This document shows, piece after piece, positions 38,808 through 52,905 of a DNA stretch of 64,000 nucleotides (positions are counted from its first letter, which is position 1; each line of letters starts with the position of its first letter). This stretch comes from Chrysomallon squamiferum. Taxonomy: Eukaryota; Animalia; Mollusca. The position numbers and the translations under genes were made by a program. Below the pieces are notes generated by a model. That model ran no database searches. It was given only the letters and a program-made list of their open reading frames with translations, and had not been told where the DNA came from. The stretch lies in assembly GCA_012295275.1 (NCBI GenBank), contig CM022669.1, forward strand, positions 6,138,001 through 6,202,000, given 5' to 3'.

Positions 38808-39578
38808 GTTTTTAGTGTTTGATTATCCTTGATATGTAAATTAATTATTAAAACAACCGCCTCAACTTACTTTTTCACCTGTTTCAACCAATCAGATTCG
38901 TCAGTCTTTGATTGATATCTTGATCTATGATAACTGTCAAACAGATGTGGGAGTGGCGCCATTGATTTGCCCAAAGCATCAAATTTTAGAGATCGACTTC
39001 TTTTAATTGGAGGTTGCGTAATTGCTGTGTGATAAGGAATATCAACTGTGATTGGTCGATTTCCATCACGTGAGTGCTCAGTATACAATCTCCGTCCATA
39101 TTTGGAGGAGAAACTTCCGCAAGTTGCTTGTCTTGTTATACTTGTTAAAAAATGTGTTTGTCTGATTTCTTCTCTAGATTTTTGTCTGTTTGAAATATTC
39201 TCGCTTGTCTGTTTCCTTGTTTGACAACTGTCACCAAGTTCTGCAGAATCTAAAACTATTCAAAAGTAATTATTTATATTAACAACCGATATATTTTCTT
39301 TATTTTTCTTCAATTTCATAAAAATATTATTATTACTATTATTATTATTGTTGTTGTTGTTGTTGATTGTATAGACTTGAAACAGCATACAGAGCACTTT
39401 AAAAAATTATTAATTTCAACTACACAAAGTCTGAGTAACATCATTAATTAATAATAGTGTATTGTTTACTTGTACCGTTTTTCATTAACTTTTCTTCATC
39501 GTCTTCAATTTCTAACTTGATTGCTTTGCTGGCTACATTCAGGCTTGGAAGATACATAATTTCCTCAGCTTTCACTTG
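38409..39578 (-). CDS. Uncharacterised protein; three open, phase-compatible exons, about 233 aa from ATG 39557; true N-terminus uncertain
   Basis: Exons 39578-39476, 39249-38871 and 38649-38409 splice into one frame ending ...DWLKQVKKEVPRRPKFVVSANLNKSF...FDKEFVVNPEWISEKLHLHGHKAYRTCGIRYGWCF*. Further exon-like segments upstream (40025-39883; donors at 40160, 40555, 42200) contain stops. Confidence 0.7.
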
Positions 39579-40686
39579 CTACAGGCATTAAAATAAATAA
39601 ATAAATAAACTAAATAAATAATATTTCCTAAAAAATATTATTTATTTAGTTTATTAATTATTTAAAATATTATAAAACGAAATAAAAAACAGATAATATA
39701 AAACGAAATAGAAAACAGATTTATAACTGTTGATGTCCTTAAAATTAGAAAACAATATTATATTTAAAGTTTTTGTTAGAAAATGCTTTTAACGGCTATA
39801 ACGAGTGGTAAATAATAAATAGTTAATAATACCTATTATTGCTAATAAAATATTGTTTTTGGTATGTTAAACGATTTGGTACTTAAATCTGATCGCTGAT
39901 CTGTTTGTGTTGGCATCTGCCTCTCTCGTACATATTAATTTTATTATCTGTTATTCTGTTCATATATCTATTTCTTTGAATTATTTCTCTTCTTCTCTTA
40001 AAATTGCTTCTCTTTCTTATTTCATCTATGAAAACGATATTGTGAATTCTATTCAACGATGTTTAATGATAATCTTTGCAAAAAGAAGCGCATATAACCA
40101 CGTTTTTATTACAGAAATTAAAATGTTTGAATAAAGATAGTATTTCTGTAATATACTTACAGTTTACTCCTGTAACTTAATAGTGTTCAAAGAATTCACT
40201 TTCAAAAAAACATTATTCCACTAGTTTGCTATTTCGCTAAGTGGATGTAGTACTTTTTTTCGACAATATGTCGTCTGCAAAGAACTGTAATAGTGTCCTT
40301 ACTGGTATGTTAATATACCAGCAAAGATCATTCGCAACAATACAGAGTTCCGAAGGTTATGGCATATTTTGCCTCAGATATCAAACAAACGCAATAACAC
40401 CATTAAAGATGTGTATTCTTGCGTGGTTAAAGATATGGACAAAACTGTTTGGCAACAAGCAAGCAATCTGGTGGCAACAAAAGAAATAATTATACCTGCA
40501 TGTCTGATAATCACTTCATGCCAATGCAAAGTATTACGAAATGTGCCTGACTTACATAGCTTATTTTGGGTTGCTGAACTTCTGTAATTCGAGGAATCCA
40601 AGAATACGCACGGCCAAAATCTGGATTTTTCTGACACGCGCTTCTTCCATGTATACTTTCTGTTCGTTAATCAATACCCTATGCGG

Positions 40687-40721
<35 letters not shown>

Positions 40722-43539
40722 TGTGTGTGTTCATACTGAAAATGAAACGAATAGGGCCTACAATGAGAAATTAAATTTCATACTACATAAAAATTAAAAA
40801 TATTATTCTGCAACGTTCCACAAATAAAGCAAATAATAATTGAAGATGGTTTAATGTGTTGTTGTTTTACTTTTTAAATGGAAATGTTTACTGTGATAAT
40901 GTTGTTACATAACTTATAAAGATGAAAATAAAAACACATCCTTTACTCCTGACTACTTACTGAATTTGAAGTTTGACCATTTACCCTTTTTCGAACCGCA
41001 GGTTATTAATGGAAAACTCATAAGTATACAACATTTACTAGTGACCTACTTAGTTTTAAATTAGAAAATGCCAATACCCTTTTTGTTAAAAAATAACTTA
41101 CAGGAACAAGATGTAATGGAAAGGAAAAGAAAAGGACGGACTAAGAATTACTATGTGCATCTTTATGTTTAACTTCAAAGCTGATCATGTGATACTGTAA
41201 TATATAACAATTACCATTATGCATAAAATTTAGCTAGGGGAGACAACAATAGAAGTCATAAAAGAATTTCGTAATCGATATTTAATAATTCGGATTTTCT
41301 ATTTTACACATATACCAATAATAAACAAATAATTCTTAGCTAAATATCAAATTAATTGAAATTTATTTATTTATTTATTTATTTATTTATTTTTGGATGG
41401 TTATCAAGGGAGAATACTCCACATAACTTAGTATTATGTTCTCTCTATCGTATAGAATAGATGAAATGATATTTTGTGTTGTTTTTTTTTTTTTTTTTTT
41501 TTAAGGCATTTATTTACTTATTGCAAATTCTGATAAAATTAATGTTTGAATAAGACTTGCCTACTCGTTATAAGGTTTAACCTCCACTGACTCTCGTCTA
41601 ACGTCACAGCTAGCATATTTATCTGGCCCAGATGCCACCTTTGAGTCAGATATATGTGTTATCTGGGTTTTAACAGTCAAACCATTTTTTAGAAACCATT
41701 TATTTATTGATTATTTATTTATACATTCATTCATTATTTCTTTAATGACAGTCTCTGCAAAAAATGTTTCAGCTAATTACTATGATAAGCCAGTCGATAT
41801 CTTTTATTTTCGCTTATTATTGTTACTGCTACTAAAAGTTGCATTGTTATTATTACGAAATCTGCTGCTACTCCATTATTTGTACTACTGCAACTGCTGC
41901 TACATCTATTACTATTACCATTGCTTAACATTGGATACTGAATGAACAAGAAAAGTGAACATAAATAAAATACACTATCGTTTCGTTTTCGTTATTCATT
42001 ATTATACTTAGAAAGTATCATATATATATATATCAGCCTACTATTGTCAACAAAATTACTTCACTTCGCTTTTACGAAAACAACCGAACATAGCCGAGTG
42101 TTTGACAGGTGTATCCTCAAAAAGAAAAACGAGACACCAGACAGGGTCGAATTGACAATTAGGGCACGGAAATTCAAATAGATATTCTGTTTGAGCGTAC
42201 CTCATTGTATACTCGTCTAAGCTGAGTGGGTGTTTCGAATATTTTTGTCTATGTTAATCCACCAAGGATGGTCTTTAGGTGTGTGTTTTAACCGAAAAGG
42301 AGATTTTAGGTGTAGTAATGGCAGACGTAACCGCGAGTTCAACTTGATGTTCCGAGATGTCAACTCGTCGTCCGGGCGATTTGTTACCGAGAATAGAATT
42401 TGGAGGGAAGCTGTCTGCTTCTACAGGTACAATTATAAATTTAACTGTAGATATTATTGGCTCAGAAATTTTCAGGTTTCATTTTCTGTTTTTAATGTTA
42501 AATAGTTTATTTTCAACATTATTTGAAATCGGTAAAATGATTCCATTTGAGGATACTTCGTGTGTTAACTACGTTAAGTATTATTATCATTATGTAAAAA
42601 TGTTTCTGGAACAGTGATACTAAGTCAGTATTCTTTTTATACGTAATTACGCAAGAGATCATTTGAACTTAGATTTTTCCAATTTACTGTTACAAAAACA
42701 TAAAAATAAGTAAATAAATAAATAAAAAAATAATTTTAAAAACCTAAAAAGTAGTTTTCATTTTTGTTTTATGAAAGCTTTTTGAATTATCTTCCAAGCA
42801 GTCATTTACATACTTAATATTCATTCCTGCAGCTTTGAGCCATTTGCTGTTTTATGGTTTGCAGATATATTATTATTATTGTTGTTGTTGTTATTGCTAT
42901 TATTATTGTTATTATTCACAATCATAATAATGATTATGATCAATCAATCCATTTTCATCTTTTAAAAAGATACGTTTCTATTGGCAGACTCAAGTTCTTG
43001 ACAGAAACTCAATGTACATTTGCTCAAACATAAACAGTTCACACACACACACGCGCGCACACAGACACACACACATGCACTATACTCTCACTCCCATATA
43101 ATGTGTAAATGTATATTGTGTTTAAAGTTACACAGTTTACATAAATCACACTGTTGACTTAATGTGTCTCATTAGGTAAAATTTGAAGAGTGGTATAAGC
43201 ATTCCAGAAACAGGAAATATCCTATTTAAATATCTACCAGCAATAAGCTTGAAGGCCACACAAATGTTTGACCCTATTTTACTAGTGGAGGAAGTTTAAA
43301 AGTCACAAACATTTTTGTGATTACATAATTATCATGAATAATAGTTGTATGTTTTGTTGCAACATTTTTATATGTCATTAGCTACAGTATACTTAAACTT
43401 TCAGCAGTCAACCATGCAGGGGTGTCTAGAACATTCTGAGGCAATTGGTTGCAGAATTCATTATTACTGATGTGCTTTTTGGACTGTTCAACTCAGTATA
43501 TTAGTATTTGATATAGCTGTCAATTTTTATTTTTTCATT

Positions 43540-43960
43540 CATTATATTATTCTGTATATTAATATTTATTATAGTTATGTTTTCAGAATTCAATATTTCA
43601 TGCAGTGCTGTATTAAGTATATTAATATTTATTACAGTTGTTGTTGTGTTTTCATGCATAGTTGTTAATCAATATTAATATTTATTACATTTGGCATGTG
43701 TTTTCATGCATATTAATATTTATTATTGATGTTGTGTGGTTTCAGTATTCAACATTTCTGCATTGCAGTATTAAGTATATATATATATATATATATATTT
43801 TTGTTACATTTGTCATGTCTTTTCAGGCATAGTACTAGTAGTATATAGTATATTGGTATTTATTATAGTTATCCTGTGTTTTCAGAATTCAGTATTTCAT
43901 GTGTTGCAGTATTTAATATATTATTATTTATTATAGTTGTCATGTGTTTTCCTGACAGTA
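43540..43960 (+). repeat. Degenerate tandem repeat array
   Basis: Recurrent TATTAATATTTATTA(T/C)AGTTG..TGTGTTTTCA(G/T) blocks, about 7 copies with variable spacing. Confidence 0.8.
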
Positions 43961-44924
43961 GCAGATCTTTAAATATGTGTATCAGAATGTGTGTGTGTGT
44001 GTGTGCATGCGTGTGTGTGTGTTGTCATAGTTCAATAAATATTTTATTATAAATATAAAGTAGTATCTGTAACTTCCAGAGTATTATAGTTAGTGATAAC
44101 AGGAGAAATAAAAACATTCCTTCATGGCAGTAAAAAATAAATAACAGCCAATGTTTTATTTTGCCAGTTACATGATATTTAATAATTACAATAATGAGCT
44201 TAATAATAATTTATATTAATCAAAATATAAGAAATTTAATACTACTAAAACAAAAGTAAATTTAATACCAACAATTTGCACTGTTTTTTTATATGAGTGT
44301 GTAGAAGTGCTGGATTTTCTCTTTGCAGATTAATCTTTGCATCTATTTCCTGTCACAGTAAACACCCTGAAACTGGTATATTAAAGGCAATATATTATAT
44401 GTTTTTTTAAAGGCACATTATTATTATTATTATTATCATTATTATTATTATTATTATTATTAGTATAGTAGTAGTAGTAGTAGTATTTTTTGTCAAATTT
44501 AAACCATTTTTTGCAGAATATATGATGTCAGTGGACTCCAGTTAATTAAAATTAACTTTAATTTTTATGACATCCTATCTAAAATTAATTATGTAGATAA
44601 GCAGAACTGTATTGGTTCTTAACAATATTCACCTGCTAAAGCAGTTCATTTGACAAGAGGTCAATTTAGGTTTCTGGATTATTACTGACACCCATATAAG
44701 TTCAAGTATTATAATATTAAGAAGAACTGACGTGAGCACAGCAGGTAAGTGTTTTAGGTTACACATAGATGTGATATAACTTACAGAGCTGTATATATAC
44801 ACAATATATCATGCTTGTTAGTTATTGTTGGTACTTGATCTTCTTATGTAATCATCATTTATCTTGCATTCTTAAACATGAACCAGTGTGTGACAGGAGT
44901 AAACTTATATCCTTAGCTGAGAAA

Positions 44925-45240
44925 CGCATGAATAAATGAATATTTTTTTAATGTCATCTCAGTACATTTAATTTTAACAGTTATCAAATATCAGAGTATA
45001 TGTATTTTTTATTGATATATCTGAAAGAGTGTTCTTGTAAAGCCATTTTTTTTTATTAATATATTATTACCAGGAAGGTGGGTTTCAGTAGAGATATTTG
45101 CATATCAGGTTATTTTATATACTTATTATAGCAGCAGTGCAGGAATAGAAAATTGTACTCTGGGTATCTTGATTAGAAATTGGCATGGGGGCTGTTAAAC
45201 CTCTGGCATCCTTTCTGCCATTGAATTGCAGTTTGCTTCT
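44925..45240 (-). mobile_element. Highly degenerate SINE, reverse orientation
   Basis: Tail-like AATGAATATTTTTTTAATGTCATCTCAGTACATTTAATTTTAACAGTTATC followed by a weakly similar body. From memory, not verified. Confidence 0.3.
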
Positions 45241-48169
45241 TGAGATATGTTAGAATTATTCTGGTTCAATAAGGCAGGCCTGAAAGAGCAACATAGTTTA
45301 ATCTGAGAATCTGCTGATTAACTTCATGGCTTTATGTTAGATAATGTTAAAGTCAGTTAAAATAATCATTGTTTACGTATGTCAATGTTTTGATTTGACT
45401 GATAGTGATTAACCATTGCTTCATGATTACAAAACCTAAACAGCTGTAAAATCAGTGACATTCCATAGTAAAAGACTGCTGAATTTTTATGGATAGTGTT
45501 AAAGAGTTTACATCCTTCACAAGTATTTTTTTATTTTATTTTTAAATTGCTTTTTCTTTAAAAGTGATAAATGGTTTGTAAGTCCTTATGCAAATAATCT
45601 CCACATAAATCATCATCAGAAAGTTTTTGGCCCTTAATTTATTTTCTTAATATTATATTTAGTCCTGAAAATAGACATTTTATAAGATTAGTGTTCAGTG
45701 CAGAATATATTCACTATCAGAATCTAGCAAATGTATACCTACAAGTCTATCCAGAATAATAAACCTTTGACTAAACTCTATTTAGAATGGGTCGTTGGCT
45801 TCAACAATGAGAACTGGTCTGAATAAATAACCCAGCAAAGTTCCAGTGACCTCATTTATAAACAAATTCAGACTACCTTAAAATGAATTGGATCCCCTTC
45901 TGTGAATTTAAAAGCAAACACAAACATTAATGTATGTTTTTGTCATAAGACACCATTATAAATGAATTTGTCTTGTATATGCATGGTTTAACAGTTGGTT
46001 AAGTACATTAATTATATTCTTTTGATCTGTATCCGAAATAGTTTTCTTTTTTACTTTTTATATTGATGATTTATTTGTTTGTTACAATAAATGTTTTATA
46101 TATTAAAAGAAATTGTTAATCAAAAATCAAAATAAAAGTTTAAATATAGGTTTGTATATAATTATATATCATAGCATGAAGAAAATATTTAATGTTTTAG
46201 TACCATTTTCCCTATATTATAAGCATTTATTAAAATTCTTTTGACCACTGGGATTAGAAAAAGTCTGAATTGTCTGAGATCAGTAAAGAACACTAATGTT
46301 AATGGTAATTAAGTGTTAATTACAAGTTATATAATGATTACACAACAAAATTAATCTACTATATCCTTTTCTTATCACTTAGTAGAAAAGAATATTTTAC
46401 ATCAAGTAAGCCTGTTCTAATGCTTTCAGTAAACTAGATTTGGTGCATGAACAGATACCATTACAGAGTTAGAGAAATTAAAAAGAATAATAGTAATAGT
46501 AGACAGAAATAAAAGTCTTTGTTTGGAAGAAGACAGTGTGGTATGTTAAACATTATTTACCTGGTCACCCAGAAAACACCAGTGTCTTCTCATTTTTATG
46601 TGACTTGTTCATTTAAATGTTTGTATAACACTGGAAATTTGATATATTGTACTTGAACTTGGTGGCAACCAATATGTGTACTTTTATCACTTGTTTATTC
46701 AGATGATAAGCTAACCAAAACAAATATTATGTTAAAGAGGCATCAATATTTGTTTTACTAACTTTCCCATAAATATACATTTACCTTATTCTTTAATACT
46801 ATAAGACTAAGGTGTTCTTTATAAACTGTTCTTCTCTTTACTATGTATTTTCTAATTCAAAGACTGGAATATACCAAGTTAAACACAGATCTCCAACCAT
46901 GTTTGTATAACAGTGATACCTATTTATTCTCCAACCATTACAAAGCTTATTGCAAAAAGCATTTTCTTTGAACCTTTGGGACAACCAAGGTAATTATTAA
47001 TTGGTTTTGTATTCATGGAAATAATATTTGTTTCACTATAATTGTGCAGTGTTACGAGTATTTTTATTTCATATTTTTATTCCTAATCTTTTGTAATGTA
47101 GTTTAACATTTTATTAAATGCAAATTGTGTTTGAACAAAAATCTCAAACATAAATAGATTAGATTTGATATCATGAGTTCTCACTTGTTTTGAAAAAAAT
47201 ACACTCATTTGATACACACAAATGCACAGACATATATGCACACACTTTTATCTCTCATACTGATGTATATACATGCACTAGAACAAGTTTTAAAACATTT
47301 CTGGTTAGACCTGTATGTATACATTTGTTTTAAGACGAGCAATTATTCAGCTCAGGATCACAGACACAGTTTACTTAGTCTGTTTCAAATAACAGGATTA
47401 GACAGCTTTAAAATTAAAGCATTCTCAACATATGTACATCTTTCCATCTCTTCATGTGAAAGTTATATAATGAATCTGATTTATTTAACAAACTTTCACA
47501 AATAATATTTTCCATGGCTTCTCTGACTCCAGTGTTTCACTGTTAAAGTTATTCAATTCACATGAATGATACAGTTTCATATAGAATATTTTTCATGGCT
47601 TCTCTAACTGCAGTAATGGATAAAGGGCTAAATATGCAGTCTCTTTTCTGCAACTATTCTAAAACATTTAGTGATTACATTCTAAATTATTTATCACTAC
47701 AAAATGATATCAAGCTGAAAAAAGAACCTGTAAGTATGAGATTATTTATAAGCTCTAGTACTGACAGAGAAAGAATGTCTACAGTATGGAAATAAGGTTA
47801 TGTTTCAGATATCTGTATTGATTTTTTATTATCACAGATTTGACCAAATTAATTGGTAATCAGATACTAAATAATACAGCTGAGATTTGCATGTATGTCT
47901 GCATTGGCATGTTAACTGATTTGGTGGTCAAATTCATCGTTATTGATAGTACTGGTGACATACATATTTGAAAATTCTTCTTAATGCTGATTTAGAGTGT
48001 TAATCATTTAAAATGCCTGGGGAGAAATGTAATATGTATATTTTATTGTTTTAACGTTCATACAATGTCTGTCATTTATATAAAATTATTATTGATAATA
48101 ATGATTTCCAGAATACATATTTAACAACTAAACAATATTTATCAAGCCATATGAAAGACAATATTAAGT

Positions 48170-48201
<32 letters not shown>

Positions 48202-51200
48202 TTAACAATATTTTAATAGCATCATTCTAACAGACTCATCTACATAGTCCACATATAGTTTCAGTGAGAACAAACGCAGTGTCAGGTCTTTGTGTACAGG
48301 TAAGTCAGACAGGTCACAGGACAGATAAAAGACAGCAGGGGACTCAATTGTTATGAGCTTAGATTTCCACTTCATAAAAGAATCTGTTTAGGAGGACATC
48401 AACCATTATGTTTCATCTTCCATTGAGAGTTGCAAGCTTTTATGTCTTTACAGAGCCACTTACAAACATGTCTCCTACACTCTGTAATGTATACCGTAGT
48501 TACTTGGTATAAACCTGTTAGGTGTAAACTGTCTTCTGTTGACAGATTGCATGGTCATCCAGCCCTCTACAGGCTCCCTTGACTTACAAATATTAAAAAG
48601 AAAATTATATCTTTGTTCTGTGATTGATTGCTTGGCTTCAAGCGGTGAAATAAATTGACTTAAAAACTGTTGTGACATGCTACGTTTCACTCATAAAATA
48701 ATTGTTAGAGTACATTGTATGCTGGTTAGTCTTCATAATTAATGTTGATAGTTTGTGTTACTAGCAGTTTTCTCACATTTTCACTGTATTGAGTAGATTA
48801 AAATATTTCATTAATAATTAATGTTTTTTATTCACTAAAATCTTGTTTTTTTAATTTTTATTAACCACAGCTACACCCACAACCTCACTTCCACTCATAC
48901 ACACCCCAAAAATTCAAACAAACGGAATTAAAATATGAACAGTATATAAATATAAATTTTGTCAGTATCAGAAACAAATAGATGTTTATCATTATTTTCA
49001 TAATCTCACTCCCACACATCTTTTCCTTGAGGCCATTGTTAAGTAAATCTACTTCGTAGTACTTAACCTTCATTGAGCAGTTGTATAGCTGTAAGCCAGC
49101 CAGGTGTGTTTGTACATATACTGTATGAACAGGTTATTTGTGAAGTACATAAACATTCTTACACCATGTACATGTCTTACTAGTGACAGCAAGCCAGTTT
49201 CTTCTCAGGTTTGTCCTGTCTTACAGCAAGAACTAAATGCTATAGTTACTGAGGAATTAATCCAGGACTTCTGAAAATGTTGATCAGACAATCATAAATG
49301 AAAGAAATATGCAGCATTTAATTTTTATGTTGGTCAGGTGATCCATAACAATTTGGTCAAGCATCTTAATTCTAGGTTATGTGTTGCCAATTAGATATTT
49401 AGTTCTTATTTTAAGATATCAGAAATGAAATCAGTTAGGAATCTCATGTTCCTTTGCAATAATCTGCTAAAACAGTCATGATGGAAAAGATATGAGAGGA
49501 CATTTGACATAACAAGCATTTCAACCCTTTGGTTATTTGAATTCAAACAAACTAATAATAATATTAAAAACAGAACATAAGAAATAAAGGAAGTGTTGAT
49601 TTTTTTTTTTATTTGGGTAATCTAAATGTGATTCCCAGCTTGTCCATCAGACAACTGATATATATATTAGGGGAGGACTATTCCTTTTTTAGAAAGCATT
49701 ATAGAGGTCTCATAGATTACAGGGTCATTTTTTTTCAGTTATCTATCATGTTGTTTGTCTTTCCACCCACTATTTCTTGAAGTTATATTTCCTATCCATG
49801 GGATAAAGAGTATAACCGATCTTTTGATGCTAAAAGATTTGTGTAAAAGCAACCCAAGAAATTGCAGCAAGTTTAATCTTTTACAACACACTATACAAAA
49901 AACCAACAAGAAAACACACACACACACACACAAATAAATTAAAAAAACAAACTTATAGAATCCTCCACAAAAATTTAGTAAACATTAAAATTTGATGAGT
50001 TATTAGCATTACTTCATTCATTCAGTTCTGTGCAGTGCAGATGTGAAATACTTAAGTCATAAATGTGACAGTTAATTATTTTATAACTGGATATATTTGC
50101 ATTTCATGTTATGTATTCAAGTATGATTTGATGTATGTTTGTCAAGTATTATTTGATGTTGTTCTTCATCTGTTATTCTTGTTTAAGCCTCAGGCTAGTA
50201 ATAAGTACTTGTATGTATTATACAGACAAGTTAAACTACACAGTATTTTCATAGAACAGGTTTTGTTAACAAGCACCTATTACATATTTTTATAGAATAT
50301 TATGAACTTGTTTCCATTCTATCTTGAAATATTGTTATGTCACAATTATTTATATATGTGTTTACATTTAAATAATCCATTTTCCCATGACAGTTATAAT
50401 TAAAACAAATTTTTAATTTTTCATGCAACTGTTGGTGTGTCAAACACATCTATTTTTGTTTTGCTATAATTTGCAGCTTCACCTGTGGATAAAATTTTCA
50501 TTGAAAGCAGACACACTATTTATACATATACAGAACAGTAATTTTTATTACACTGGTTTATTTGCATTAAAAACATTAACAATGAGTTCATTGTTGTAGT
50601 ATACACCATATTTTAAAAATAATTAATACTGTATACATTCCACAGTAATAATAATAATAAAAAAATCATTTGTTAACATAATTGATTTGACTTTTATGAA
50701 ATGAAGTAGAAATCCTGATGGAGTGTCAGCTTCGACCAATCATTCTGCACACAGGTGCTGCATATTGCTTTAACGCTTAATGAGATACAACTTGTATTTG
50801 GTGTTTTGTGAAACATGTGGCAGTCATCTGAGCCTGACGGTTCATGTACCAGCTTGCTCATATACAACGTCAACGAAGACATCTGTTGATAATTTAATTT
50901 AAATTCATTTTATTGCATTTCTGTAAAATTAAAAATCAAAACTAAAAAACAACAACATATTTAGTATATTTTTTCATACTCTTCAAAATACTAGCTTGTT
51001 ATCACAAAACAATAAATTCTTTATTTTTTCAGTATGAGAAAGATATATTGCTTCAAATTATATTAATTTGATTTTTATTTGCTGACAGAACACTGTTTCT
51101 TCATTAATCAAAATGTTGTTCTTTTGTTAGAAATGAAATTTAAAAAAATTCTATTTTGGTTGTTAATAGTAATCTAATTTAGTAGATTCAGTCAGGTGTA

Positions 51201-51432
51201 AGTAGTTTCTGATCCATTGCAATTATAAATTCTTAATTTTCTCTTTGTGTTTTTTTGTTGTTGTTGTTTTTGCATGTAATAAATAGACTATTTTTTTTAA
51301 TACAAAATTTGATGTTATCATAAATATCTTTAGCTATAATGCTATTAAAATAAATTAATAAATAACTAAAAATAAAAATTATTACATTATTATTATTTTC
51401 AATTTTTAATTGTAATTTTTTTAATCTTTCAG

Positions 51433-51563
51433 TGAATTTTCAAAATGTTGAGGACTTCAAGCAGCTGATTGTAAAGAGCAAAGAAACCGTCAACAATGAT
51501 GTGAGTTCTGAGGAGAAGATTGTCACGGATAGTCGGTCTCTAAAAGATGACATCAATGGAAAT
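51433..51563 (+). other. Upstream exon of the TPR gene (5'UTR or coding), with an alternative donor after 51500
   Basis: Acceptor tctttcag| and donors GAT|gtgagt and AAT|gtaagc. The frame NFQNVEDFKQLIVKSKETVNNDVSSEEKIVTDSRSLKDDINGN is open and in phase 0 with the ATG at 52906, which directly follows a tttcag acceptor. Confidence 0.65.
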
Positions 51564-51740
51564 GTAAGCTGTAGTTAGCCATGGTTGAAAACGTGCTCAT
51601 GTTTTGTTTGTTTATACTGCAGCAGACTCTGTCATGCTGACTGGTTATGTCATAATATAATCTTGAACAAAAAATCCACACAAGCTTTTGTATTGCTTCT
51701 GCACATTTGTTTGTGCATATGCATTGTATGTAAGGGTGTC

Positions 51741-51784
<44 letters not shown>

Positions 51785-51934
51785 TGTACATGTTTTGATT
51801 GTAAGTGCAGACACATAAACTGAACATGGGTTAGCTCCAAAAATTTAAATATATTTTGACTCAGTTTATTATTTTGCTATATTGGGTCAGTCTAGTGAAA
51901 ATATAATTCCTATTCAGAAGTCATTAATAACAGC

Positions 51935-51975
<41 letters not shown>

Positions 51976-52905
51976 GTATCAAAAAAAAAAAAAAAAATGC
52001 AATTATTTTCAAGGATATCTTGACATTTTTATCAGCCTGATACATGCAGTCAGTGTATTTTATTGATTTTCATTTGGTTTAGATCTTAAAATGACACATT
52101 CGTTAACTTTTATATACAAAACATGTTTTTATATCAGTAATATGTTTTTGGTTTAGTTTTCAAAAATAACAGACAATAAAAACAAAAACAAAAACAATAA
52201 AAACATCTGTGATCCCATGTAAAATAAAGATAAATATTTGTGACCAAGTGTTTAGTTTGTATAAAGTACCAGTTTGCCTGTTTAAAACTAAGTTACCTAA
52301 CATTTCAAAGAGTATTATTAAGTAATTAATCACTGCAATGATCTTACAGCAGTCTGACATTATCACAAAAATAACCTGTCTTTAGATACAGTACTTCATT
52401 GTTACAGATTGTAAAATTTAAAGGTTAGAAGGTAGACAGTAAGGTAACAAAGGCACAGTGCTATTAAAGTGCCAGTCAGTTTTTATGCATTCTGTGTTAT
52501 ACACCTTGTCAAGGATTTGGAATAAAGAATCAAAAGAAATATTTGGTGTAAAATGAAAAACATTTGTCTTTAATTGTGGTCTTTGGTTTTTTTATTCAGA
52601 TTTATCTTGAGAAGTTTGGTCATTGTTAATTACTAAGATATATCTTTGATATAAAATTAGTTGTACATTATATTGTAGTCAAAAGGTTATTATTTTTCTT
52701 TTAATTTTGTTATTTTTTTTTCCTTTTAATTGTGAGTATTATATAAAAGGTTATTTCTGATACATTTTAGTCCTATGGTAGTTACAGTGTATATATATTT
52801 TTGTGTGTGTGTGTGTTTGGGGGTGAAAGTATTTCTGTATATCAGTAAGACTTTATGTGAACATGGAAGAACACTAAAATGACAATGTTTTTATGACTGT
52901 TTCAG

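Noticed and set aside
47562-47795. 77-aa ORF as first coding exon of the TPR gene
   Set aside because: Its donor is phase 0, whereas the open frame of exon 51433 needs phase 1; that splice would hit a stop immediately. A direct splice to 52906 would be in frame but has no support in the sequence.
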